A program made the translations under genes and the position numbers. From Candidatus Eiseniibacteriota bacterium (lineage in GTDB: Bacteria > Eisenbacteria > RBG-16-71-46), in the NCBI GenBank assembly GCA_963717505.1, contig OY970342.1, positions 2,752,001 to 2,816,000 of the forward strand: a stretch of 64,000 nucleotides of DNA. The letters run 5' to 3'. The notes under the pieces are model-generated. The model saw nothing but the letters and a program-made list of their open reading frames with translations. It did not search any database and was not told the DNA's origin. Shown one piece after another: positions 1-9,933 of the stretch (position 1 is its first letter; each line of letters opens with the position of its first letter).

Positions 1-663
1 CAAATGGCTTCTGCTGCTGTGGATCGCGGCGTGGATCACGGCCGGGTTCCTGTGGGCCCCGCTGGTGCCCGGGCTCGGCGAGACCACACGCGTGCTTTAC
101 TTCCACATCCCGGCGGCCTGGGTTACGGTGCTCGCGCTGGCGTGGTCCATGGTCCACAGCGTGCTCTACCTGAGGCGTCGACGCCTCGAGCACGACGATC
201 ACGCGGCGGCGGCCGCGGAGTTGGGACTGATGTTCTGCATGATCGCCACCGTGAGCGGCTCGATGTGGGCGAAGGCGATATGGGACTCACTACTGGAACT
301 GGGATCCGCGCGAGACCTCGATCTTCTTCCTGTTGCTGATCTACGGCGCCTACCTGGCGCTGCGCGGCGCGATCGAGGGCGACGAGCGCCGGGCGCGTCT
401 GTCGGCGATCTACTCGGTGGTCGCCTTCGTCACCGTGCCGTTCCTGATCTTCATCGTGCCGCGCATCTACTTCACGCTGCATCCCGATCCCGCTCATCAA
501 CGCGCGCGGCAAGGTCGACATGGATCCGCGCATCCGGATCGTCGTTCTTCGCGCATGCTGCATCGGGTTCACGGCTTTGTTCTTCTGGGTGCTGACCCTG
601 CGAGTCCGGGTCACTCGACTCGCTCGCCGAGCCGCCGTGCGCGCGGCGGCCGAGGCGGCATGA
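1..663 (+). CDS. ccmC: Heme chaperone-loading protein CcmC (5' partial, frameshifted)
   Basis: RVLYFHIPAAWV, a Trp-rich W..WDPRET region and LIYGAYLALR...RIYFTLHP, spread over several frames; lies upstream of ccmD/E/F. Confidence 0.85.
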
Positions 664-673
664 GGGAGGTGTG

Positions 674-781
674 ATGGGCGCCAACGGAGTCGTGCTCGGT
701 GTGGCCCTGCTCGCCTGGGGGCTGCTGTTCTTCTATCTCGTGCGCCTGGAGCGCCGCATCCGGGAGCTGGAGAAGTCATGA
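674..781 (+). CDS. ccmD: CcmD-like small membrane protein (35 aa)
   Basis: Read by hand: MGANGVVLGVALLAWGLLFFYLVRLERRIRELEKS (one TM plus charged tail); GGAGG RBS; stop overlaps the ccmE ATG. Confidence 0.75.
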   Translation: MGANGVVLGVALLAWGLLFFYLVRLERRIRELEKS

Positions 782-1167
782 ACCTCAAGAGTGATCGTGG
801 CGATCGTACTGTTGGTCGTCGCCGGCGGGTTCGGGGTCACCAGCTTCCGCAAGTCGATGACCCCGTACATCTCGTTCGCCGAGGCCCGGCGCGCGACCGG
901 GCATGGTCCAGGTGAACGGCGTGCTTGCCGACAAGAACTACGTGCTCAAGCGTGACGAGCAGTACCTCGCAGTTCGACCTCAAGGACGAGCGCGGCGAGG
1001 TGCTGCCGGTCGAGTACCGCGGCGTGATCCCCGGCAATTTCGACCAGGCGACCTCGATCGTCGCGATCGGCCGCTACCAGGACGGCCGCTTCGAGGCCGA
1101 CCAGCTGCTGGTCAAGTGTCCGTCGAAGTACCAGGCCGAAGCCGAACGGGGCGGAACCGCGACATGA
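778..1167 (+). CDS. ccmE: Cytochrome c maturation heme chaperone CcmE, Cys variant (frameshifted)
   Basis: N-terminal TM, VEYRGVIPGNF, FEADQLLVKCPSKY; indels near 790, 900 and 970. Confidence 0.85.
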
Positions 1168-3368
1168 ACTTCGGGCAGATCCTCGGCTGGATTTCGCTCC
1201 TGGCCTCGCTGGCGGCGGGGCTGCTGTTCATGGCGGCCGCCGGCGGGCGCGAGTCGGCGCTCAAGCCCGCGCGCATCGCGTTCGGCGTGCAGTGGCTGGC
1301 GCTGCTCGGCCGCGCCGGGCTGCTCTGGTACATCCTGTTCAACCACCAGTTCCAGTACCAGTACGTCGCCTCGTACTCGTCGCACGTCGATGCCCGGCGC
1401 ACTACGTGTACGCGGCGTTCTGGGGCGGGCAGGAAGGCACGTTCCTGCTGTGGGCGCTGCTCACCGCGACGCTCGGACTGGTGCTCATGCGCGTGCGGCA
1501 TCCGCTGACGACGCCGGCGATGTTCTTCCTCAACCTGCCGCTGGTGATGCTGGCGCTGGTCACGGTGATGCGCGGCCCGTTCCTCGACGTTCGCGCCGGG
1601 GACGATCCCGGTCGACGGCAACGGCCTGAACCCGCTGCTGCAGGACCCGTGGATGACCATCCACCCGCCGGTGCTGTTCACCGGCTTCTCGTCGCTGGTC
1701 GGTGCCGTTCGCGATCGCGATGGCGGCGCTGGTGCGCCGCGACTACGACGGCTGGATCAAGCCGGTGCTGCCCTGGGTGGTGTTCTCGACCGCGATCCTG
1801 GCCACCGGTTTCATCATGGGCGGTGTGTGGGCCTACAAGGTGCTCGGCTGGGGCGGCTACTGGGGCTGGGACCCGGTCGAGAACGGCTCGCTGATCCCCT
1901 GGCTCTCGAACGTCGGCGCTGCTGCACGGACTGCTGGTCCAGCGCGTGACCGGGTAGCCTCCGGCGCACCAACTTCTTCCTCGCGATCACCTCGTACGTG
2001 CTCGTGCTCTACGCCTCGTTCCTGACCCGCAGCGGCGTGCTGGCCGACTTCTCGGTGCACTCGTTCGTGAACCTCGGGCTCAACGGCTTCCTGCTCTCGT
2101 TCCTGTTCCTGGTCATGATCGTCGGCTACGGCACGCTGCTCGTCCGCCTGCGCGACATCCCCGCGCCGCCGCAGCCGCTCGGCAACTTCTCGCGCGAGTC
2201 GATGATGTGGCTCGGCCAGCTGGTGTTCATGCTGATGTGCGCGCTGATCGCGGTCGGCATGAGCGCGCCGCTGATCACGCGGCTGTTCGGTCCGCCCTCG
2301 AACGTCCAGACCTCGTACTACAACCTGGTCAACGCTCCGCTGGCGGTGGCGCTCGGGCTGCTGCTCGGAATCGCGCCGCTGATGCGCTGGCGCCAGCAGG
2401 AGGCGCGGCCGCTCCTGCGCGCCGCGTGCCGTCGGTCGCTGGTCGCGGTCGCTGCGTGACGCTGGTCGCCGCGGTCGCTGCGGCGTGCGCGAGCCGATGC
2501 CGGCCGCGGTGGTGTTCGCGTGGCCTTCGCGCTGGCCGCGAACCTCGTCGTCGACGGTGCGCGGCTTCCGCGCCGGCTGGAAGCACGGCGTCGCCTACCT
2601 CGGTCACGCGGGCGTCGCGGTCCTGCTGATCGGCGTGGTCGCCTCGTCCGGATACGGCCGCTCGGTCCAGGTCCAGCTGCCGCGCGGCGAGGAGCGCAGC
2701 GCGCTCGGCTTCCAGCATGACGTTCGAGGGCATGCGGCAGGATCGCGAGGGCAAGGACCACGTCATGATCGCGGTGAACGCGTCCGGAGCGGCAATTCGA
2801 GGCGCTGCCGGCGATGTACTGGAGCGAGTTCAACCAGGGCTACATGAAGAAGCCGCACATCGAGCGCTTCCTGACCCACGACGTCTACATCTCGCCGCTC
2901 GAGATGGTCGGCGACGATCCCGCGGCCAGCGCGCTGTGGCTCGCCAAGGGCGAGACGCAAGCAGATCGGACAGGTCGCCTACACGTTCGTGGACTTCGAC
3001 GTCCAGGGCATGGGGACCGCGGAGATGCGAGTCGCGGCCCAGCTTGCGCGCCGAGATCGGCGGACGCACGGTGCCGGTGCGACCGCGCATCGAGATGAAC
3101 GGAGGGCGGCGTCCCCAACCGCGATTCCCGACTACCTGCCGGGCGGGGCTCGGTCTAGATCGTGTCGGTGGACGCCACGACCGGCCGGGTCGCGCTGGAA
3201 GTGCCCGGCATGCAGAAGCCCAGCGAGGGCGGAATCCTCGCGGTCGAGGTCAGCACCAAGCCGCTGATCAACCTGGTGTGGCTGGGCGCGATCCTGATGC
3301 TGGGCAGCGTGTTCTTGAGCATGGGGCGTCGCATCATCGACGTCCGGCGGGCGGCGGCGAGCGCCTGA
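1164..3368 (+). CDS. ccmF: Cytochrome c heme lyase CcmF (multiple frameshifts)
   Basis: FWGGQEG, GLNPLLQDPWMTIHPP, WAYKVLGWGGYWGWDPVEN, FLTRSG..SVHSF, KPLINLVWLG. Confidence 0.9.
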
Positions 3369-3404
3369 AGTTTCTGGGCATCGTTGGGTCGAGGGGAAGT
3401 ACAC

Positions 3405-3433
3405 TGGACAGGTGCACGGATGTGCAGTAGATT
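3405..3433 (+). promoter_or_regulatory. Sigma70-type promoter with palindromic operator TGCAC-N4-GTGCA in the spacer
   Basis: TGGACA (3405-3410), 17-bp spacer, TAGATT (3428-3433); perfect inverted repeat at 3413-3426. Confidence 0.6.
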
Positions 3434-3451
3434 CCGTTCGGTGCCCAGCCC

Positions 3452-3709
3452 ATGTTCGAGACCCTCAACGACCCGGTGGACGTACTCACCGCCTTCACCA
3501 ACGGAGCCATGGAGCCCCTCCGGTTCCGTTGGAAGGGCAAGGTGATCCGCGTCTCCAAGGTCACCGGACGCTGGACCCGGCGCGAAGGACAAGCCCTCCT
3601 GCGCTACTTCTCGGTCGAGGGGCCGGGAAGCGAAACCTACGAGCTGTGCTACGACCCTCGCGGACCGCGCTGGCTGCTGAGCCGAGCGTGGACCTCGGGC
3701 GGACGCTGA
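3452..3709 (+). CDS. DUF6504-like small protein (resembles the ImuB C-terminal region)
   Basis: 85 aa with P..FRW.G....V..V.GRW, RYF.V and YEL.YD....W pattern; first gene of the dinB operon. Confidence 0.6.
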   Translation: MFETLNDPVDVLTAFTNGAMEPLRFRWKGKVIRVSKVTGRWTRREGQALLRYFSVEGPGSETYELCYDPRGPRWLLSRAWTSGGR

Positions 3710-3741
3710 GGAATCCCTTGGCTCCGCCGGTCTCGCGCGGA

Positions 3742-4954
3742 ATGATCCTGCTGGTGGACATGGACTCGTTCTTCGCCTCGGTCGAGCAGGCGCACCACCC
3801 CCACTTGCGCGGCCGGCCGGTGATCGTCTGCGGCGACCCTGAGCGCCGAGGGGTGGTGACCGCAGCTTCCTACGAGGCGCGGCCCTCGGGAGTCCACGCC
3901 GGAATGCGGCTCCAGGAGGCACGCCGCTTGTGCCCCGACGCCGAATACGTCGAGGGCAACCCCGACAAGTACGTCGCGATCTCGCTCCAGCTGCTCCAGC
4001 TCTATCTCGAGCTGACGCCCGACGTCGAACCCTTCAGCGTCGACGAGGCGTTTGTCGGACTCGGGCGCACCGACGCCCTCGGTGGCGAGTGCGGTCGAGA
4101 TCGCCGAAACCATTCAGCAGCGGATCTGGGACCGCTTCGGCCTCGGCGCCTCGATCGGCGTCGGGCCCAACAAGCTGGTGGCCAAGATGGCTGCAGGGGT
4201 GAACAAGCCGCGTGGGCTGACCGGGTTCGATGAGGCGGCTTTTCGCGCACATTTCTGGCCGCTCGACATTCGCGAGTTGTGGGGCGTCGGGCCGAAGCTC
4301 GCCGAGCGCATGCGGTCGCTCGGGATATCGACCGTCGGCGAGCTCGCCCGCGCCCCAGAACCCGTCTTGAAGAGCGCGTTCGGCATCATCGGCCCGCAGC
4401 TGCGCGAAGCCGCCTGGGGGCGAGACGACACGCCGCTCGTGCCCTACCATCGCGGCGTGGATGCCAAGTCCATGGGCCATGAGGTGACGTTGCCCGCCGA
4501 CGTCGAGAAACGCGATCAAGTGGGGGGTACGTTGCTACGGCTGTCGGATCAGGTTGCGCGCCGGCTGCGCAGCGAGGGTTATGTCGGCCGGGTGATCGCG
4601 ATCAAGCTGCGCGACCATCGCTTCCACACCCGGATCCGCCAGCGGGCGATCGAGGTGCCGACCGACGACTACGCCCTGATCTATTCGGTGGCCACCACGC
4701 TGCTCGACCAGCTGTGGCGCGGGGAGCCGTTGCGGCTGATCGGCGTCCACGTCTCGGGACTCGAGCGTCATGCGCCGCCGCAGGGCGAGCTGTTCGAGTC
4801 CGGGCGGCGCGCGCGCGAGCTGCGCGACGCCATGGACCGGGTCCGCAATCGACTCGGGGAGGCGAGTCTGGTCCCCGCCGGCTCGATCGGGCATCGGCGC
4901 CATCTCGGTCACGTTCCCTTCGGCACTCCCAATCGCGTCCCCGACCCGTCATGA
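3742..4954 (+). CDS. dinB: Y-family DNA polymerase IV (one frameshift near 4070)
   Basis: MILLVDMDSFFASVEQ, AASYEAR, FSVDEAF, GPNKLVAKMA, WGVG, KSMGHEVTL, C-terminal QGELF clamp-binding-like motif. Confidence 0.9.
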
Positions 4955-5748
4955 CCGCGCTCGCCGATCGAATCCTGGTCGGCACCTCCGGCTACTCGTT
5001 CGCCGACTGGGTGGGGCCCTTCTACCCGCCCGGGACGCGCAACTCCGAGTTCCTCGGTTTCTACTCCGCGCACTTCAACACCGTCGAGGTCAACTCCACC
5101 TACTACCGAATTCCCCATCCGCGCGTGCTCGACATGATGGAAAAGAAGACCCCGCCCGGATTCCACTTCGTCGTCAAGCTGAACGAGGCCATGACCCACG
5201 AACGGTCCACCGATCCGGGGCTCTATCGCGAATTCCTCGCGGTGCTCGAGCCGCTCAAGGCCGCGAGCAAATACGACGGCCTGCTCGCCCAGTTCCCCTG
5301 GGGGTTCCATCGCACGCCGGCGACCCTCGGGCACCTGGAGGCCATGCGCTCGCTGCTCGGCGACGAACCCTTGCACGTCGAGTTCCGCCACCGATCGTGG
5401 ATCACGCCCGAACTGGAGCCCTGGCTTCGCCAACGACAGCTCGGCTACTGCGTGGTCGACGAACCGCAGCTTCCCGGGCTGGTGCCGCCGATCCCGCTGC
5501 TGTCGACCGACGAGGCCTACGTCCGGTTCCACGGACGCAACGCCCAGAACTGGTGGGGACGCGGGACGGGAGACCGCTACGACTACGACTACAGCGAGCA
5601 GGAACTTCGCGACTGGCTCGGAAAGATCCGCGCCCTGGCCGAGCAGGCGCGACGCACGTACCTGTTCTTCAACAACTGTCACGCCGGGCAGGCGGCGCGT
5701 AACGCCAAGCTCATGCAGGAATTGTTGCGTCACACCGAACCTGCGTAG
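4951..5748 (+). CDS. DUF72 family protein (YecE-like)
   Basis: VGTSGYSFADWVGPFYP, VEVNSTYY, EFRHRSW, YVRFHGRN, YDYDYS, FFNN; ATGA overlap with dinB. Confidence 0.9.
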   Translation: MTALADRILVGTSGYSFADWVGPFYPPGTRNSEFLGFYSAHFNTVEVNSTYYRIPHPRVLDMMEKKTPPGFHFVVKLNEAMTHERSTDPGLYREFLAVLEPLKAASKYDGLLAQFPWGFHRTPATLGHLEAMRSLLGDEPLHVEFRHRSWITPELEPWLRQRQLGYCVVDEPQLPGLVPPIPLLSTDEAYVRFHGRNAQNWWGRGTGDRYDYDYSEQELRDWLGKIRALAEQARRTYLFFNNCHAGQAARNAKLMQELLRHTEPA

Positions 5749-5880
5749 AAACCCGGACTCGCCGGCGCAAACTATTCTCTTGAGTGATCGGGGATCGGCG
5801 GCCACAATTCACGCCCCGGAACGCCGGTCCCCCCCCGGTCTCGGCTGCCCCCTGCGTCACCCACACCCGGAAGGACCCGA

Positions 5881-8280
5881 ATGTTCGACTCGCGCGCTGC
5901 ACGTGGACTGGGCAAGACCGGCGTGCCGTTCGCCGCCTGGCTGTTCTTTGCGGTCGGTGCCGAGGCCCAGCCCGTAGTGCTGCAGGAGAACCTGGCCGAG
6001 ACCGACGGGGTCGTCTCGACGATCGTGCTGTCCAGCACCTCGGCCTTCATCGGGGGCGACTTCACCTACGTCGGCCCGCATACTGGTTGCGCCGTGCCGC
6101 TCGGCGTCACCACCGCGACGGCACCGGCCAGTTTCCCGAAGGTCGAAGGTGGCGACGTGCTCGCCATCGCGGCTGACGGCGCCGGCGGGTGGTTTCTCGC
6201 CGGCAGTTTCACGCACGTCAGTGGCGAGCCGCGGCATCATCTCGCGCACGTGCTCGCCGACATGACGCTCGATGGCGGATGGGATCCGGGAGCGGATCGA
6301 CCGGTGTACACCCTCGCGCTCGGGGGATCGACTCTCTACGTCGGTGGCGAGTTCACCTCGGTCGGCGCCCGGACGCGCCATCGGATCGGCGCAGTCGACG
6401 CCACGACCGGCATCGCGACGGCATGGAATCCGCGCGCGAACGCTGCGGTCCATACCCTGGTGGTCTCCGACACGACTCTGTTCGCAGGCGGCGCGTTCAC
6501 TACCATCGGTGGGACGGTGCGCACGCGGATTGCCCAGCTGAGCCTGGCGACCGGCGAGGCGACCGTGTGGCAGGCCGGCGCCAACGGTGTGGTGCAGACG
6601 CTGTGTCTCAATGGCTCGTCGCTCTATGCCGGCGGGTGGTTCACCAGCATCGGCGGCCAGCCGCGAAGTCGCATCGCCGCGCTCGACCGGAACACCGGTG
6701 CGCCCACTGCCTGGAATCCAGGGGCCAGTGATGCGGTTCAAACCCTCGCAATCTCGGGAACCACGCTCTATGTCGGCGGCCTGTTCACCACGCTCGGCGG
6801 CCAGCTGCGCGACTTCATCGGCGCGGTCGACGCGGTGTCCGGAGTGACCACCGCGTGGAACCCCGATCCCGACGACCCGGTGACGGCACTCGCGGTGCTC
6901 GATACCACGATCTACATCGGCGGGCCGTTCTCGAGCATCGGCGGGGCGCCGCGCAACTTCATCGCTGCGGTCGGCGCGGTCACCGGAGGCGCCACCGCCT
7001 GGAACCCGGGCGCCAATGGCAACGTGCGCGCAGTGCAGGCCGCCGGGAGCGCGGTGTTCGTGGGTGGCGCGTTCTCGAGCGCCGGCGGCCAGCCGCGGGC
7101 CAACATCGCCGAGCTGAACCTGGCCAGCGGCCAAGTGACCGCGTGGAATCCCGGCGCCAATAGCGTCGTGCAATCGTTGGCGCTTTCCGGATCGACGCTC
7201 TACGTGGGCGGGTGGTTCACCAGTATCGGCGGCCTGGCGCGCAACTACGCTGCCGCGTTCAATACCACAACCGGGTTGCCGACCTCCTGGAACCCGAACG
7301 CCAACGATTTCGTGTCCACCCTCGGCGTCAACGGGTCCACGATCTACGCGGGCGGCTGGTTCACCTTGATCGGCGGTCTGACCCGCAATCGCGTGGCCGC
7401 CCTCAACAACACGACCGGTGCTGCGCTGACCTGGAATCCCAACGTCGATGGCGACCTTCAAACTCTGGTGGTCTCCGGCAGCAACGTCTACGTCGGGGGC
7501 TTCTTCAACATTGTCGGCATCCAGCCGCGTGACTACCTGGCTGCGGTCAGCACTTCGACCGGACAGGCCACCGCGTGGAATCCGACTCCCGACGATTTCG
7601 TCTACGCCGTGATGCCGGCGGGCGGCCTGATCTACGTCGGTGGCTGGTTCACCGAGGTCGGCGAGGAGGCTCGCGAGCGGCTCGCGGCGCTGGACCCGAC
7701 CACCGGTCTCGCGACCGGGTGGAACCCGGGAGCCAACGACTACGTGCACGTGCTCGGAGCCGCGGGGAGCAACTTGTACGCGGGCGGCTGGTTCACCTTC
7801 ATCGGTGGACAGCCGCGCACCTACCTGGCGGCGATCGACGCGGTGACCGGGGAGGCGAAGCCCTGGGCCCCTGATCCCGACGGGCCGATCTACGCCATGG
7901 CGCTGTCGCCGACCGCGATCTACGTGGGTGGGGACTTCGCCGAAATCGCCGGCGGACGGCGCCGCAGCCTGGCGGGGATTCAGATCCCGGTGACGCTCGA
8001 TGTTCCCGGGTCGTCTGCGGCGCTGACCGCGTTCGCCTGGCCGAATCCGTTCCGCGATCGGGCGGTACTCCACTTCTCGCTGCCCGAAGCGGCCAATGTC
8101 ACCGTGCGCATTTTCGACGTGGGCGGCCGGGTGGTGGCGAACCCGATCGCGAACCAGCGGTACTCGGCCGGATCGCACATGGTCGAATGGCGGGGCGGCC
8201 CGGCGCCCGCCGGGGTCTATCTCTACCGCGTCCAGTCGGATCGGGCGCTGGCCAGCGGCAAGATCCTGCACGTCAAGTGA
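5881..8280 (+). CDS. Secreted beta-propeller repeat protein with C-terminal FlgD-Ig/T9SS-like domain
   Basis: Signal-like N-terminus; 48-aa repeats WNP..N..V..LA..G..LYVGG.FT.IGG..R..IAA.D..TG; C-terminal WPNPF...IFDVGGR...GVYLYR. Confidence 0.8.
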   Translation: MFDSRAARGLGKTGVPFAAWLFFAVGAEAQPVVLQENLAETDGVVSTIVLSSTSAFIGGDFTYVGPHTGCAVPLGVTTATAPASFPKVEGGDVLAIAADGAGGWFLAGSFTHVSGEPRHHLAHVLADMTLDGGWDPGADRPVYTLALGGSTLYVGGEFTSVGARTRHRIGAVDATTGIATAWNPRANAAVHTLVVSDTTLFAGGAFTTIGGTVRTRIAQLSLATGEATVWQAGANGVVQTLCLNGSSLYAGGWFTSIGGQPRSRIAALDRNTGAPTAWNPGASDAVQTLAISGTTLYVGGLFTTLGGQLRDFIGAVDAVSGVTTAWNPDPDDPVTALAVLDTTIYIGGPFSSIGGAPRNFIAAVGAVTGGATAWNPGANGNVRAVQAAGSAVFVGGAFSSAGGQPRANIAELNLASGQVTAWNPGANSVVQSLALSGSTLYVGGWFTSIGGLARNYAAAFNTTTGLPTSWNPNANDFVSTLGVNGSTIYAGGWFTLIGGLTRNRVAALNNTTGAALTWNPNVDGDLQTLVVSGSNVYVGGFFNIVGIQPRDYLAAVSTSTGQATAWNPTPDDFVYAVMPAGGLIYVGGWFTEVGEEARERLAALDPTTGLATGWNPGANDYVHVLGAAGSNLYAGGWFTFIGGQPRTYLAAIDAVTGEAKPWAPDPDGPIYAMALSPTAIYVGGDFAEIAGGRRRSLAGIQIPVTLDVPGSSAALTAFAWPNPFRDRAVLHFSLPEAANVTVRIFDVGGRVVANPIANQRYSAGSHMVEWRGGPAPAGVYLYRVQSDRALASGKILHVK
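6280..7870 (+). repeat. Intragenic tandem repeat, 144-bp period
   Basis: Trp codons of the W(N/D)P motif fall at 6280, 6424, 6568, 6712, 6856, 7000 ... 7864. Confidence 0.85.
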
Positions 8281-8432
8281 GCGCCTCCGGGCGACTTGTT
8301 CGCCCGGCGTGGGATCGTGTATAGAGGTCCACGGTTTGTCTTACGCGCCCCGGCCGGGACGCGGGAGAAGCGGACTCGAATCGTGGCGATCCCTCGTCGC
8401 CGCGCTGCGTTCCACGGACTCGGAGGCGGCTC

Positions 8433-9077
8433 TTGCGTCACGCCCTGGGGGCGTTGCTGTGCCTGGCGGTGCCGACCGCGCTGCTGGTCAACTCCTGTGG
8501 CAGTTCGGCGCCGGGACTGGCGCGCGGAGGGCAGCTCTACGACACCTGTGTCCCCTGTCATGGAGAGCAGGGGCAAGGGGATCGCACCCTCGGCGCGCCG
8601 GCGATCGCGGGCTTGCCCCAGTGGTACATCGAGGCCCAGTTGACCAAGTTCAAGGGCGGTGTCCGCGGTGCGCATCCGGAGGACGTCGAAGGTGCCCGGA
8701 TGCGTCCCATGGCGCGCACGTTGTCGAAGGCGACCGACGTCACCTCCGTCGCCCAGTACGTCGCCGGTCTCACCGAGGTCCACCCGGCGCACACGCTCCA
8801 GGGGGGCGATCCGCAGGCTGGCAGCGAGCGCTACAAGACCGTGTGCGTGGTGTGCCACGGCACCGACGGTCGCGGCATGGAGCCGCTCAAATCGCCGAGC
8901 CTGGTCGCTCAGGCCGACTGGTACATGCTCTCGCAGCTGAGAAAGTTCAAGAGCGGCATGCGGGGCGCCCACCCCGAGGACATCACCGGCTCGCAGATGC
9001 GGGCCATGGCGATGACCCTCGAGGACGAGAAAGCGATGATGGACGTCATCGCCTACATCCAGACGCTGTCGCGATAG
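8433..9077 (+). CDS. Diheme cytochrome c (c4-like)
   Basis: Two heme motifs (CVPCH, CVVCH), each followed by P.IAG/L..Q..WY...QL.KFK.G.RG and a Met ligand; signal peptide. Confidence 0.9.
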   Translation: MRHALGALLCLAVPTALLVNSCGSSAPGLARGGQLYDTCVPCHGEQGQGDRTLGAPAIAGLPQWYIEAQLTKFKGGVRGAHPEDVEGARMRPMARTLSKATDVTSVAQYVAGLTEVHPAHTLQGGDPQAGSERYKTVCVVCHGTDGRGMEPLKSPSLVAQADWYMLSQLRKFKSGMRGAHPEDITGSQMRAMAMTLEDEKAMMDVIAYIQTLSR

Positions 9078-9089
9078 GGGGCGAACCAC

Positions 9090-9218
9090 ATGGCAGACAA
9101 CGAGCGCGACGAAGACTGGGGCCCGAAGACCGCCCGCCTGACGTTCGTCGCCACCCTGCTCGGCGCGGCCGCGTTCGTCGGTTCGGTGATCTTCTTCATC
9201 CTGAGCCGAAAGGCCTAG
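9090..9218 (+). CDS. Small single-TM protein (42 aa) in the oxidase operon
   Basis: Read by hand: MADNERDEDWGPKTARLTFVATLLGAAAFVGSVIFFILSRKA; fills the gap between the cytochrome c gene and coxB. Confidence 0.65.
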   Translation: MADNERDEDWGPKTARLTFVATLLGAAAFVGSVIFFILSRKA

Positions 9219-9222
9219 CGCC

Positions 9223-9933
9223 ATGATCGACACGCTCGTCAAGAGCCTCTCCAGCTACGCCGGCGACATCGACCGGCTGTTCCTGCTGGTCACGATCCTG
9301 GTCGGGTTCTGGTTCATCCTGGCCGAGATCATGTTCTTCTGGCTGATCTTCCGTTTCCGGGCCAAGCCGGGGGTGCCGGCCCTGTACCTGTCCGACAAGG
9401 ACAAGACGGTCAAGCGCTGGATCAACATTCCGCACTGGCTGATCATCGGCTGCGACGTCGTGATCATCGCCGCCGCGATCAAGGTCTGGACCTACGTCAA
9501 GCAGACGCTGCCGCCGGCCGACGCGACGATTCGCGTGACCGGCCAGCAATGGGTGTGGACGTTCGAGCATCCCGGTCCCGACGGAAAGCTGGACACCGCC
9601 GACGACATCGCGATCAGCGACGAGCTGCACGTCGAGGTCGGCAAGACCTACCACTTCCTGCTCGAGTCGAAGGACGTCCTGCACAGCTTCTCGGTGCCGG
9701 TATTCCGGCTCAAGCAGGACGCGGTTCCCGGGCGGACGATCACCGGCTGGTTCAAGCCGACCGGGCCGGGAACCCACGACATCCAGTGTGCGGAAATGTG
9801 CGGCATCGGCCACGGCGTCATGATGGGCCGGATCTTCCTCGAGACGCCGGAGCAGCACGCAGCCTGGGTGCAGAAGCACGCGCCCCCGGCGCTGGCCGCG
9901 GCTCCGGACACCCTCCCACAGGCGGTGCATTGA
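9223..9933 (+). CDS. coxB: Heme-copper oxidase subunit II (CuA)
   Basis: Two TMs, GQQWVW, DVLHSF, KQDAVPG, CAEMCGIGHGVM. Confidence 0.92.
   Translation: MIDTLVKSLSSYAGDIDRLFLLVTILVGFWFILAEIMFFWLIFRFRAKPGVPALYLSDKDKTVKRWINIPHWLIIGCDVVIIAAAIKVWTYVKQTLPPADATIRVTGQQWVWTFEHPGPDGKLDTADDIAISDELHVEVGKTYHFLLESKDVLHSFSVPVFRLKQDAVPGRTITGWFKPTGPGTHDIQCAEMCGIGHGVMMGRIFLETPEQHAAWVQKHAPPALAAAPDTLPQAVH

Noticed and set aside
6280-7870. Possible CRISPR or non-coding repeat array
   Set aside because: The repeats are in-frame, diverged protein-coding units with no identical repeat-spacer structure and no cas genes
5857-8271. Long antisense ORFs opposite real genes (also 10548-12251, 48758-50797 and others)
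   Set aside because: Shadow ORFs caused by GC3 bias and stop-codon scarcity; no recognisable motifs
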